DNA from: the human T2T-CHM13v2.0 reference genome, Homo sapiens
Direction: 5' to 3' (one strand)
Assembly (NCBI RefSeq): GCF_009914755.1
Contig: NC_060925.1
Length of the DNA stretch: 64,000 bases
The notes beneath the pieces were generated by a model. The model was not told the DNA's origin and did no database searches. It saw only the letters and a program-made list of their open reading frames with translations. Within the stretch, counting starts at the first letter, position 1, and the number at the start of each line of letters is the position of its first letter. This document shows, in pieces, positions 29,040 through 42,200 of the stretch. A program made the translations under genes and the position numbers.

Positions 29040-32000
29040 CTGCAAAATAAACAATCAAGCCTTAGGTGAGAAACTGCTGAGCTCCCCTCACCCATGGCCC
29101 TAAAAGATGGGGGTGGGAAATGCAATGAAGTGGGGAGAGGGGTAAACAAAAGGAGACTTAAAGCTGGGAAGCTCCAGAGCACAGCACTCAGGGTATTTTA
29201 TTATTTTTTATGGTTTGTTTTTGTGATTTATGACCTTCTTTCAGGTTTCGTGTTTCCAACATGACATCTGGCATTTTAGTAAGTTTTAGCAACAGCTGAA
29301 GAAAATTGGTCCACAACAGGCAATATAAATAGTACTAATGTCACCATGTTGAAGAGAATGAGGCCAAACTGGGGCAACAAAATAAATGCCATATTAAACT
29401 AAAATAATTATAAATTACAGGTCCAAACCTAGATTAGACTATTACATTTGTGCAAGTAAAGATTCAGTGCAAACATTATGTTCTTCAATTCCATACCACT
29501 CAGCATCACTGCCTGTCAGTTATTTTTAAACACAGAAATTTTTCCTCTACTTACATAAGCCATGGCCATCAAAAGTAATGAAAAGCTGCTTGGGATCTTT
29601 AGAAGTACTTTGTCATATATTTGAGTAAATGGTTTTTCCTAAGAGTCTAATCAGGCCATTTTGGATGGGAAAAAAACCTCTGTTGTGAGTCAAGGATGTA
29701 AGCATATGGAAAAAGTTACCCAAAAAGGCAGTTGAAACAAAGGGAATAAATGAGTTCAGGAGACACCTTGATTGGTTTCTGAAGTATGGGCAGAGGGGAG
29801 GGGTGATCCAAACAGGAAGGTGGGATTGAGAGCAACCAAATAAAAAGTTGGCATGCTGGTCCAGATGGTCCTTTCCTGTGTCTTCTGTACTCATGAAGAC
29901 AAGTGGGGCTGGGGGGCAGGGGAAGCTGACTGATGGAGAAGGCTAGAGCCAGATTTACCCGGGAAGATTTACTGGAATTTTAAATATTTACCTTTAGGAG
30001 CTTAATGCCAAGAATTGTGTGTCCTAACATTTTTCAAATTCAGATTATCTAGCATAATTTTCTTAGGTCAAATGATGCTGCAAGTCAAGCCTAAGAATCC
30101 ATTTCTCTAACCCACCCTTAACATCTAGAATTCTGATTGCTTTCCTTGGAGTTAAATATATTCATGAGTAAAGGCTGGAAACAAGTGTTGTACTCTGATG
30201 AGTGACTTTTCAATGGTGTCAAGGGTCAGAGCTTCTTGAGCATCAATCCTTGACACTAGTAAGATGGAAAAGAATGGGACAGAATGCCCAATCACGTTGC
30301 TGCCAACCTCACTTACCTGCAGCAGGTTTGCAGACCTGTGAAAGATACACCCCATTGTTCCTTTACTTTTCTTTCCTTTTGTCACTGACTTTTTTCTCTT
30401 GCAACCCCAGGCAGCATCTCTGGCAAGAATATCTAACAGCTGTGTCAAAGCCACAGGGAATAAAGTGCCCACAGGGGAAAAAGTGTCATTTCTCTCCATC
30501 TCCCTAATTCCTCACCTGTCACTTGTGAAGATATTCAGGTTGTTAAAGAACCAAATCAAACTTCTAAATAAAGGGGAAGTTTCTGACCAAAAACTTCAGT
30601 TTACCCATAATCACTACATGAAGATGTAGTCACTATCTTCATTCTCCCTCCCCCTCTGCCCCCCACCCACAAAAAAAAAAACTATAAAGTTTTATAACTA
30701 GGTTTTACATGTCTAAGCACATAATTTTATACCTAGGACTAAGTAGCAGCTATTTTTGGTCTTCTCCAAGCACTGAAAAGTAGAACTACTTATCTAAGAT
30801 GACAGCTGTTGCTGAGTGACAAATCTATATCCTAGCCTGATTCTATAGGCCTTTCAGTAGCAGAGCCATTATATCATCACACACTCAGCCAAACACACTA
30901 ATTCATGTCCCCTGAGACATGGATTCCCAAATCCTATTTTGTGTCTGGGATATTTTAAGAGCTCCTCACTTATCATGAATACTGTAAATTTTTCAAAAAA
31001 CCTCCTCAGAAAAAGATTTTTAAAATATATTATTGTCCTGCTTTTGGAAGCAAAAAGTTACAAAATTCACCATAAAGTGCCACAATTACAAAAAATTGGA
31101 AAGAGACACCTTAAGTAGGACCCAACAGAAATTTTGGACATATGATTTCTCCAATGTATGTTTAGGAACTGGAAAAGGGAAGGAAAGGTATCACTACACT
31201 AAGAGATAAGTATTAATGGTAGCTAAATTGAGGCTGAGATTGGAATTGGGACTACGGCTAGAGAATTATGAAATAAGAGACTCTACCCTTAACTCAGTAT
31301 GTCATCTGGAACAAAACAGGGACTCAAAATGTAACATCAAATGAATTAATGAATAACCTTAGACAAGCCATTTAACCACAGGGGGGGCCTAGGTCCTCAA
31401 TGTGCAATGAAAAAGAATGAACTTAAGGATTACACCTCTAATGACCTGAATGTAAGAATCCTCCCCAGTGCAAGTGCTAACCCAGGTAACCTCAATTAGA
31501 AACATCAAATTTAAAACTCTTTGAACAAGACAAGTTAAATAAGGGAAAAGACCGGGGGCTCAGATTCACATTACCATAGGAGTTAAATAATTGAGTGGGT
31601 ATTCTATAAGGGTTTATAGTTTCAATCAAATCAATCAATAAGCACCTATCAGCATATGGCCTTAGATGAAGTACCATGCAGATAATTAGAAACAGAATCC
31701 AAGACCTTAAGAAATTTCCCAGTTAGTGTTGATTAATTATGTGTTTATTGAGTGCTTACTATGTGCCCAGCACTGTGCTAGATTCTGGGAAATAACAAAG
31801 TACACAATGGGACCTCTCTTCAAGTACAGTACAGTGGAGACTATGAGCATTCAAAAATAATCAGAGAGCAACACAAATAACTGCCACACAGTTTTCCACA
31901 CCATTACATACTGTCTCAGATGTCTCTTAGAAGTCCAGAAGAGAAAGAGATCCAAGAGGGCTAGAACACTCCTGGGGAACCCATTGTTACTAGAAAGGAA

Positions 32001-35000
32001 ATGGGCAAGTCTGTGGAGGCATAGGCAGTATTTGTCCATGAAGAGGATTTTCAAAGACATTTATTTAACTGGAAATACCCTGAACTTCTAGATTTTCACT
32101 CTCTCACAAAACAGGATCCAGTGACTTTTATATAAAGAATGTAAGCAACAGCCCACATGTTCAATAACATGAATGCATATGCAATCTTCTATTCTCAATT
32201 GTTTCTTAAATATTATAATCTTGAAATAAAGTTACTGTTACTTTTATAGATGCTCTTTTTAAAAAGCTTCTAGAAGGGTTAGGGCCACCCGTGGGGTAAG
32301 CAACCCTACAAAACCCTTAAAATAGTAATCTCAGAGTCAAGATTAACAGCCTAGGTAAAAATAAAATTTAATCTTTTGTAAAATACATTTCTAAATCATA
32401 GTTATAGAAAATATTTTGGCTAACCAGATCAAAATTTTTAGCTATTAATTAGGATGTATAATAAAGTTATCTAAGTCATGGAAGAAACACACAGCTGGTT
32501 ATTTTAATCAAATCAGATCATCCATTTAGAAATATAATCAGTCAGTCCCTTAAAGATCAAAAAACACCTCTGTGTTTTCAAGGTCATTTATTCTTGGCAA
32601 TTTGTGACTTCCTGTCCTCAAAAAATAGCCATTAGGAACTCATATGAATGATGCAGGATTTCTTGGCTATCAGATACTGTCAGAATAGTATTTCAACAGA
32701 AGAAGTTTAAGTAAATCAGGAACATAAAATGTTACATGTAACCAAGGCAGCTAAAGGAGAAAACTTAAGTAACCTGCGCTGAGCCAGTTACAAGTCACTA
32801 GAGAACATTTTGTGACTCACAGGGCCAAAGCAACATATCTATTCTCATCCCCCCAAAAAAATCCTTTAAAAAGATATTTTAACCATCATTTTACTTTCTA
32901 TCTCTGACCTATTTCACTTTGATAAAATGAATGCTGTAACACTAAGTTCCCACAGAAAGTTGAGTTTAGCTTAAAGTACGTTCACTTCTCACTCTAGCAA
33001 TAATAATAAAAGAACTTTTAATTTATGTTTTACACATTACCTAATATTGTCTTCCCATTGATAAGATAGACATAGCTTGTATTTGTATGTCTATTTTGTG
33101 GACAAGGACACTGAAACAAGAGAAATTGAAAACTAACATGTACTAGAATGCACATCTTCTCCATCCTGATCCAATGGTCAGATCTCCCCAAAAACACACT
33201 AGGTTCAACCCAGCCAAAACAGCTGGCAACTCTGTAACACCCCCTAACTATTTTAACCATCCTCACAACTAAGGTGGCTTAAATATGTTTGATCTTGGCC
33301 AAGTCACATGACTATTCTGGTCCCCAATTTCCTTAATCCTTATGGCACAGCACATGCACATTTAATTGGAAGTGTATAAGGTCCCTTTTAACTTGAATGT
33401 CTAATGGGTGGATTAGTAGTACAGCTTAGAGACCACCAAGTCTAACAAAAGCGAACCAACTACAATAGGTTCATTTGGTTACCATACATAGAAAATGCCT
33501 AAATTGCATACACTTTTAGTCTAATAAAAACTTAATATCCAAATTAGACATTTTAAAAGCATATTTTACAGTCTTGGCATCTCCACTTAACAGTTAATTT
33601 TGAGGAATTATTCGTTACTGCAGTGAACAAAGCACATTTACTCCTGTGGCTCTGCTACTGATCAGCAGTGGGATCTTTAAAAGTTTCTTTGGTTCACTTG
33701 GCCTAAGTTTCCTTATCTTTACCATGGGGGGTGGGGGTATAAGATATCTTTCTGCTAAAAAAAGTTATATATTTATGATAAAGCATAGTGTAATGGTTCT
33801 ATTGATAATAATATTATTGACTTGGGACAGGGAGATGAATATAAGCTCACAAGAACTAACACAAAGAGTTAATGGTCAACATTATTGAGCTCTTACTATT
33901 TGTCAGGCACTCTGCCAAGACTGTACATGCAAAACATCACTTAGTACAGGCAAGCCTAAGAGTTGTTATTATTATTATCTCCATTTTATACATTATTGAT
34001 GCCAGAGTCCAGGTTACATCCATTCTACTGCCTAAGGATGTCCAGCACAGAAGACTACATTTAATTCAATTTTTATGTCACCAAATATTTCTGCTTTGCC
34101 TTGACTAGGTTACATATTAATGGACCAAGACAAATAAAACAGGTTCTTGTTCTGAAGGAGCTCACAATTTGGTAGAAAGGACATAGAAACTGTTAAGGAA
34201 GGCTGACTGTGACAGATACGCCTGCAGAGGTGGGGAAAATTGTTGAGGAGCTTTGAAGTGGAAGCAAGTCAATGATGAGAGGATTGAGAAGACTTTATGA
34301 GGTAACATTTGAATATGGTCTTGAAATAGAAGTTTGAAACCAACAAACAACAAAATGATGGAGAAAGAATTTCAGGTAGTGGGAATAACAGTGATTAAGG
34401 ATTTGGAGTTTCAGAGAATTACAAACAAACTGGTATGTCAGAGTTTAGATTATGTAAAGGTAGAGGAGAAGTAAGATAAATGATGAAGGTGGAAGGTCAG
34501 GTTCAACTCAACTAAATGACTACATATTGAACATTTACTATGTGCCAGTCACTCTTCTAAACTCTTGGGACATCAGGGAACAAACAAAAATTTATGGCTG
34601 AAGATCTTGGGTGTCAGGATATGGAGTTTAGACTTTATCATCTACATGCTAAAGTTTTCTTTAACGTGCAGGTAGTGATAGTTCTGTCTTCTATCCAGAC
34701 TATGAATTCCATAAGCTCAGTTTAATGCTTTGCCCCATCTCATGTGTGAATGATGCAAGATAGCCTGGTTTCTATGTGAAATGTGTAAGCTGACTGTAGA
34801 GTCAGATAAGAGATGTAGAATGCTCTGAGATTAGATGCACAGTGTTACTTCTGTAAGACTGGAGCTCAGCTGTCATATTTTCCACAAGGAAGAAAATAGT
34901 TTGAAACAATTAAAGGAGAAAAACCCAACCCGGATGATAGACAATTCATCTTACTTTCTTTTCTGCCAAATACTGGTACACAACCACATTGAATGGTGTT

Positions 35001-35754
35001 TCCTATCTGATAGTGGTAGGACAGCCACTTCTTGATCTAGTTCATAAATCACAAAGTCTCTAAAACCAAAACTCTCATGACTATCTCAGGGCTCCCATTC
35101 ACAGAAGGGCAAATACCAGAATCTTAAAACCCAGGCAGCCCTGTCTGTACCAGGAGCAAGTAAGTTCCTATTTCCAGAGGACCTCTGCAGTGGAAATTGG
35201 TTGTGGGCTATCAGATTTTATCGAGTATCTTAGAGAATGCTGGTGACGAAATTTTTCATAGAGTAACTCTAAATATGGCAGAAGCAGAGCATTTGGCACT
35301 GACCTGAGTACGAACTGAGCCCAAATTTGATACTCAGTCCAGAGCTTCAAGGGAATGAACTATAACCCGGGATGGATTAAACTAAAATTATGATGATAGC
35401 AAACACTCAAATGAGCCTGTTAAATGGCTTTAGTAATGGAATGGTGTCTCTGAGCTCTCCATGCCCTCCAAGTTCTATTTGGGAAAAGGGAGTAACCTGA
35501 AGCTTGCAATTCCCATGCCAATAAGCCAATTAAGGAGACTAAGGGCACATCATATCTCACCAACTGCCTACAGCACTCTCCACTTAACAAGCAGCACCTC
35601 TCTCAGCGATACATAGAACCACAGCAAGGACCCAAAGTCATCCTGAGAACAAAGCCTTTGAGAGAGTCTTTGCAAAGAAGTGGTAGTAGTAATTTTTTAT
35701 ATCTGTTTCTTGCTGAGCAGACAAAGGCTCAATGCCATTAAAGTTTCAACCTCT

Positions 35755-36965
35755 GTTTTAAGTTATTTGAAAAAGATTCAGATTGCTCTCCACAGTGGCT
35801 GGATTAATTTGCATTCCCACCAACAGTGTATAAGTATTCCCTTTTCTCCACAGCCTTGCTAGCATTTGTTTTCTTCTCTTTCTAATAATAGCCATTCTGA
35901 CTGGTGTGAGATAGTACCTCATTGTGACTTTGATTTGCATTTCTCTGTTGATTAGTGATGCTCAGGGTTTTTTCCTATGTTTATTGTCCACTTGTATGTC
36001 TTCTTTTGAGAAGTGTCTGTTCACGTCCTTTGTCCATTTTTAATGGGGTTGCTTTTTGCTTATTGATTTGTTTACATTCCCTATAGATTCTGTATATTAG
36101 GCATTTAACCAAAAAGACACATGCATTTGTATGTTCATTGCTGTACTATTCAAAATAGCAAAGATATGGCATCAACCCAGGTGCCTATCAATAGTAGATT
36201 GGATAAAGAAAATGTGGTACATATATACCATGGCATACTATGCGACCATAAAAAAGAATGAAATCATGTCCTTCGCAGCAACATGGATGCAGCTGGAGGC
36301 CATAATCCTAAGTGAATTAACGCAGGAGCAGGCCAGGCCTAATGGCTCATGCCTATAATCTTAGCACTTTGGAAAGCTGACGCAGGCAGATCGCTTGAGC
36401 CCAGGAGTTTGAGACCAGCCTGGGCAACATGGCAAAGCCCTATCCCTACTAAAAATCCAAAAATTAGCCAGGCATGATGGCACGTGCCTGTAGTCCTAGC
36501 TACTTGGAAGACTGAGATGGGAGGATCACCTGAGCCTGGGAAGGTCGAGGCTGCAGTGAGCTGTGATGGCATCACTGTACTCCAGCCAGGGCAACAGAAT
36601 GAGATCTAGTCTCAAAAAAAAAAAAAAAAAACAGGAACAGAAAACCAAATATCTCATGTTCTTTTATAAGTGAGAGCTAAACATTTAGCACACATGGACA
36701 TAAATACAGGAACAACAGACACTGAAGACTGCTAGATGGTGGAAGAGGGAGGCATGGGTTGAAAAAGTACCTATAGGGTACTGTGCTCACTACCTGCGTG
36801 ATGGGATTCATACCCTAAACCTCAGCATCACGCAATATTCCCATGTAACAAACCTGCACAGGTATCCCCTAGATCTAAAATAAAAGTTAAAATTGTTTAA
36901 AGTTGAAATTTCAAGTATAAGGTGAAATTATAAAAAAACTTTGCTTTAGCCTAGAACAATATGCA
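35755..36965 (+). mobile_element. 5'-inverted (twin-primed) old primate L1 (PA15-17/PB-type 3' end) with nested AluJ
   Basis: Antisense L1 ORF2 piece at 35755-~36106, then sense L1 from accaaaaagacacatgc to aataaaagtt at ~36890. Perfect 15-bp TSD aaagtttcaacctct at 35740-35754 and 36966-36980. ORFs 35758..35940(-) and 36131..36358(+) both translate to L1 ORF2p C-terminal peptide. Confidence 0.92.
36331..36631 (+). mobile_element. AluJ inserted in L1 3' region
   Basis: ggccaggcctaatggctcatgcc...gatcgcttgagcccaggagtttgagacc...ggaggatcacctgagcctggg...ctc followed by poly-A. Confidence 0.93.
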
Positions 36966-37039
36966 AAAGTTTCAACCTCTAGTGATCCAGCATGCTTTGA
37001 AGCTGGAAATGAAAAAAAGGAAGAGAAGTAGCAAGTACT

Positions 37040-37245
37040 GTATTAGGCACTTTATGTACGTTATTATCTCATACAATTTTCACAGAAACCTTTAAAGTAG
37101 GCATTATTGCTGCCATTTTATATATAAGAAACCTGAGGCATGACATGAATAAAAGGCTTGTCTCACATTATATAAATGGGAGGTGTCAGAGTGTGAATTG
37201 AATTAGTCTGACACTAGAGTTGATGCTCTTTTCATTATACTCTGT
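37040..37245 (-). mobile_element. MIR SINE
   Basis: aggcactttatgtacgttattatctc...ccattttatatataagaaacctgaggca is a reverse MIR core. Confidence 0.65.
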
Positions 37246-38784
37246 TGCCCATTTTTCAGAACTAGAACTGCAGAGCTGTGCACATCCTACTCTGAACTCA
37301 GAAATGCAGAGTTAACGCTCAGGCTGCTCAATCAGAAGGTAGCGCTACAGAAATTAAAACTGTCGGTTTTTTGAGAAAGGAAAATTCAAACGAAGGTCTG
37401 ATGGGAATTTTCCCCTGTTAGTACAAGGGCAGTTATATTCAGGAATATTTTAGCTCTCTTCATCAACTTAACATTATTTAGTAAGTAAGTACAACTATAA
37501 AAGGCCTCTTTTGCTATATTTCACTTCCTATCCCCAATCCAACCTAGGTAGAAGATCCAAATGTGACAGACACTGAAGATCACTGTCAATGTCAAATCAC
37601 CCTTTTGCTTTAGCCTAGACCATTAAGCAAAACATTACAAGGTACTTGGAAGATGTTTGGGCTTTGAGAAATTTTTAATGGAAGCATTGAAAGACAGAAG
37701 GCAACTGAAGTGGGCCCTACTTGTGCAGAATTTGGTTTATTTAGGCTTAACTCAAGTCAGAGTGCAGGACCCAAAAGTTTTTGATGGTCCTAAGTGGATA
37801 TCTATGTTTGAAGAGAATTCAGCTGATAATAATGTATATGAAAGCACTTCATAAACAGTAAAGTGTCAAATTAACATATAAGATTCTACGCCAATGACCA
37901 AGCATATCAGAAAAACAAAAAAAAAATAAATAAAGGACAAATATGGGCCCCGACTTTTCTAAAACAGTCCTAATTTCAAATTTCAAATATTTTATTTTAT
38001 TCTTCCCACAAAATTAATATTTATGAGACCAACTTTTGGGTTAGAAAATATTCGTGATGAACACACAGACAGTGCATAAATGGAATAATCAAAAATTGGC
38101 CACAAGCCACATGGAAATGTTCAACCTAAGTACCTCTTGCACCAAAGGTCCTTCAAAAGTTCATTCTGATAAACTGGGTGGTCTTCAAGATTTACCAATT
38201 TCAGGTGAGCAGCTATCAACACAGGCCCCATCCTAAGGCTCTTGGCATTTTTCCTGGGTGAAGCGATACATTATCTCATCCCCAAGTCAATGTTTATTTG
38301 CTCTTTGCAACCACCACTTCCAACCTCCCACCACCACCTCCGACATCAGCCACTGTCATAGCACCATTGTGTATCTGCCATTATGGTCTTTTAATTTCTG
38401 TGATGTGAAAAGTGGGCCTTTCTCCAAAGGCCTTACAAGCATTTGCTTTATACCTTGTTAGAATGTTCCCACTGAGCACCAATAAATAAACAAATTCATG
38501 ATGACGCACTAAAGGGGAAGAACTAAGAAGCCAATTTCTAAACATCAAGTGTAATTTAACTATGACTTCTGGAGAGAGTGCCTCTGGAGGTGGCAGTTTC
38601 AAAGATGTAAGTAGGATAAACATTTGAGCACAGCCAGGAATGCCCTTCAAATGATCCCAGGAGACCACCAACTATTCCAAGTTTAAAATCTACCCAACTC
38701 ACCATGCAAACATAGAAAACCATCCCGTTTAGTAAATATAACATGGCTGACAACAATGTAACAACCTCTCCAGTAATCAAAATT

Positions 38785-38985
38785 CATCCATTCAATCAAT
38801 CATTCATTCGTTCAGCAAATAATATTCATTTTCTAGGCTGGGCCTGGCAATGTACGAGGTGTTATTAGGGGCACAAAATTGAGTAAGAGATGATCCATGT
38901 CCTCAGGAGCTTATACAATCATTTAGGGAGAGAGGATAGGTCCATAAATAAGTCTAATAAAAGTAGAATAGTCAAAATCCACCAT
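38785..38985 (-). mobile_element. L2 3' end
   Basis: cattcaatcaatcattcattcgttcagcaaat...cctcaggagctta is the reverse L2 terminus. Confidence 0.6.
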
Positions 38986-38999
38986 AGCACACAGCATGC

Positions 39000-39200
39000 T
39001 GGGGCTTAGGATCCAAAAGACTGAGTTCTTGAGCTCATCTCTCCTCTTTCCAACCATCTAACCTTAAGCAAGTCACTTAACTTCTTAAGCCTTTGTTTTA
39101 TCATTTGTAAAATGAGGATATCATTGGTATCTACTTTGTGAAACTTTTATGAACTATTAACAAGGTGCCTGTGTATGTGTATTTGCATTAATACTTCATC
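39000..39200 (+). mobile_element. MIR SINE
   Basis: accttaagcaagtcacttaacttcttaagcctttgttttatcatttgtaaaatgaggata MIR core. Confidence 0.7.
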
Positions 39201-42200
39201 AACAAAAAAGGTCCAGACATACGAATGCTAATTTTCAGATACTATTATCTAAGAGAAATGGCAACAAAATCCTATGGGAGTTTAGAGGTAAGAGAAATCT
39301 CTCCAAGTCCAGGGATTTTTTCTGGGCCTAATGAAGATATGTCTGTGAGATGCAAAGGCAGAAATGGGGAAGAAAGAGAGGGGTTTCTAGGAAAAGGGAA
39401 TTTTCTGGCAGAGGCGTGGCAATAAAATCTACCAAATGTATTTAGAGGGCAGCAATCTATGTCATCCTGACCACATCTGTGTTATTCCTCTTGTATCCTC
39501 AGCACCTGGAACAGTGTCTGGCACCTATTATGCACTCAATAAAATGTTTTCGTTGAATGAATTAATGAATGAAATGCTGTAGGTTTAGCAAAGTAAGAGA
39601 AGAGATATAGCCAGAGAAGATCTGGGAGGGTAGGCTGGAGCCAGATGAAGAATCTTGAATGCTATTCTTCTCATCTTCTTCCAGGAGACAAATATATCCC
39701 TAGTAATGAGGTGTCTTAATTGCATGACATGTTCCCAATGAAATCCCTATTAAGTCCTAGGGTCACCTCCTGACATCATAACCTGAACTATTGGAATCCT
39801 ACCAGCTTTTCCTTGCATGACTGTGAGCTGTGTCAAACTGAGTGGCGAGGTCTGACCCGAAATCTTTCAGGGGTTTCAACTGAGTTCAAAGAGTTCAGTC
39901 ACTTCTGTGAGAAGCAGTCAGTCAAACACCTAGAAAATACTCAGATACTAACTCTCCTCCACATTAACCTAAGAAGAGAAGGTGCTTACAGTCATGAGGA
40001 TAAAATGGGGAAAGGATCAAGTTCTACAAATGCTAGAGCTAGTAATGCTAAGGGAGAGGTAGTGAGACAGATATCCTCCTCCTTCAGGAACAGAATGACT
40101 GCTGTGCTCACCAGGTCCCCTACACATCTGGTGTCTCTGTTGTCTGCAGTGAAGTGGGGTTTCCAGAGTCGCTAAGAAGTAAGGCAAAAGATTACAAACC
40201 TCCTTTAGAATTCCACAGACCCAGATTATGACTGGGAAAGCTGCTTAACCTTTCTGAGCCAATTTCTTCATCTAAAATGGAGATAGTGGATACCATGTGT
40301 CTCAGTGAAGCCCCTGGCGCACAATAGGAATATACTTAATATAAATTGTTTCCATCATTTGGAACAGAAAATGACCATATGCGTTAAGTCTTTTCTCAGT
40401 CACTTCCCTGTCCCTATGAGAGAGACAGAAAGAAGACTTTCAAATGAATAAATGCAAACCTCACTAAAGAAAATGTAAAATATAGAATGGGAAAAGATCA
40501 CATGATGAAGAAAATATTTCAGGGCCTAGGGCAAAACTATCAAAACTGAATGGTGTTAGGAGAAATGGTGGAAAGGCAGAAAGAGGGAAAAGCAGAAGAA
40601 ACAACGAAAATGCCATGTAAGGAAGCCTGCTTTTGAGTGGGTCTGCTTGAGTGATGCTCTCTTGGTCCATAATGGCTGGCACAATATCTGAGAAAGAAAG
40701 TGATAAGGTCTAAAAGAAGAGAGAAAAGGGTAGATCACTAAGAAAAGAGGTATATTGGGTCTTCAGTAAGGAAAATGGGCCAGGGAGCAAACTCTCACCT
40801 TGAACAGAGAAGCAGAGATAGCAACTGAGGCTGAAAAAGCTGCCCAAAGGCATTGTTCCATGAGAGGTGGAAATGACAGGGCAGAGCTTGGAAGCTGCAG
40901 GAAGCCCTGACTCCAGATGGATAGCCTTGTCAGAAACACTCACCTGGCTCAGGATAAGGAAAACACACTGAGGAGGCAGAAAAAAATCTAGTACCTAGGT
41001 GAGGCTCCCAGGGAGCACGAGCAGGAGGCCTGAAAGGTAGGCATTTTAACCCTATTTTGAGACTTATACAAGGGAACATGCCCAGTGCCACCCACCCAGA
41101 AATATTAGAGAGAACAAATGCACCCAAGTCTCTCCCATTTCAAAACTTCACCTCATCCACCATCCCACACCACCTTCAGAAACCCTAAAATCAAATGCTT
41201 TGATGGCAGAAAGAAGTTCACTTTTGGGGCACAAGGCAATCATTGAGAGTGAAATCATTGAGTGTTTTTATATTTACAACTCAACAAACCCAGATTAAGA
41301 TGCTTGCAAAACTTAGAATCCCACCCTCACATCCCAACTTCCCAGACCCTCCAGGAAAAGTCTTCCTCCCAAGTCTCTCCTGTCTTTCTTTTTCCTCTAA
41401 AGCTCTTCCCAAAAGGGAATGAGTCATCAAAGGATGCTAACCCCAGGATGGATTTTTTATGATGGCCAAGAAAAGGAGGGTGGGGTGAGGTAAGGAATTG
41501 CCTTACACTGTCTTCTGTGTAGAAGGCTGATTTGGGAATCGCAAAGTGAACATGTTATTCTTAACTCCATTCCCGACTCCTTGAGTCATCCTCACCATGT
41601 CACTTAATTCCACTCATTCCATGGTCAACATCTTGGCTTCAACAAGGCTCTATTTTTCCCCAGGCCTACCTACCTTGAAGGGTCAGAATGACCCTTGAAG
41701 AGACAGTGTCCTTCAAGTGTGTCAGCAATTCAGAAACTGACAGCTTCCAAAATAGCTGGTGTGTTGTTGAGTGTCTGTTGCCTTCTGAAAGAGTGGCAGT
41801 GTCGCCGAGACAGCAGGATTTCCTTGCCAAAGTTGCTCCTACCCTCCTCCCCACAAGACTCTGCCCTGCCTCTCCCTGTCCCTGCCTAGGAAGACTTTGA
41901 GCCCAGGGGCCATGGCATTTAAGCACTGTCAGAGTTCCCACTTCAATTCCCACAGTGGTGCCAGTTCAGCATCTGTCATGATGACCCAGCCTGAACTGTA
42001 TTTAGAAGCTTGGACATGGCACCATGTTCCAGCACATCTCACAGTGACAGGAGATTTCCTGAGCACCTGGGCTTGCGATTCGAGCACTCCTCTTCCCAGG
42101 GAATGGGGGTCAAAATGACTTTCCTCTGATGACCTGTTTCCTTCTTAGGATGGTGTCCTTCTGTTGGAGGCCTCTTCTCAGAGTCAATCTCCATCAATGC

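Noticed and set aside
37183-37214. Inverted repeat gtgtcaga...tctgacac with a T-box-like AGGTGTCA half-site (possible autoregulation)
   Set aside because: It lies inside a MIR, whose tRNA-derived head is naturally self-complementary; an 8-bp match is expected by chance.
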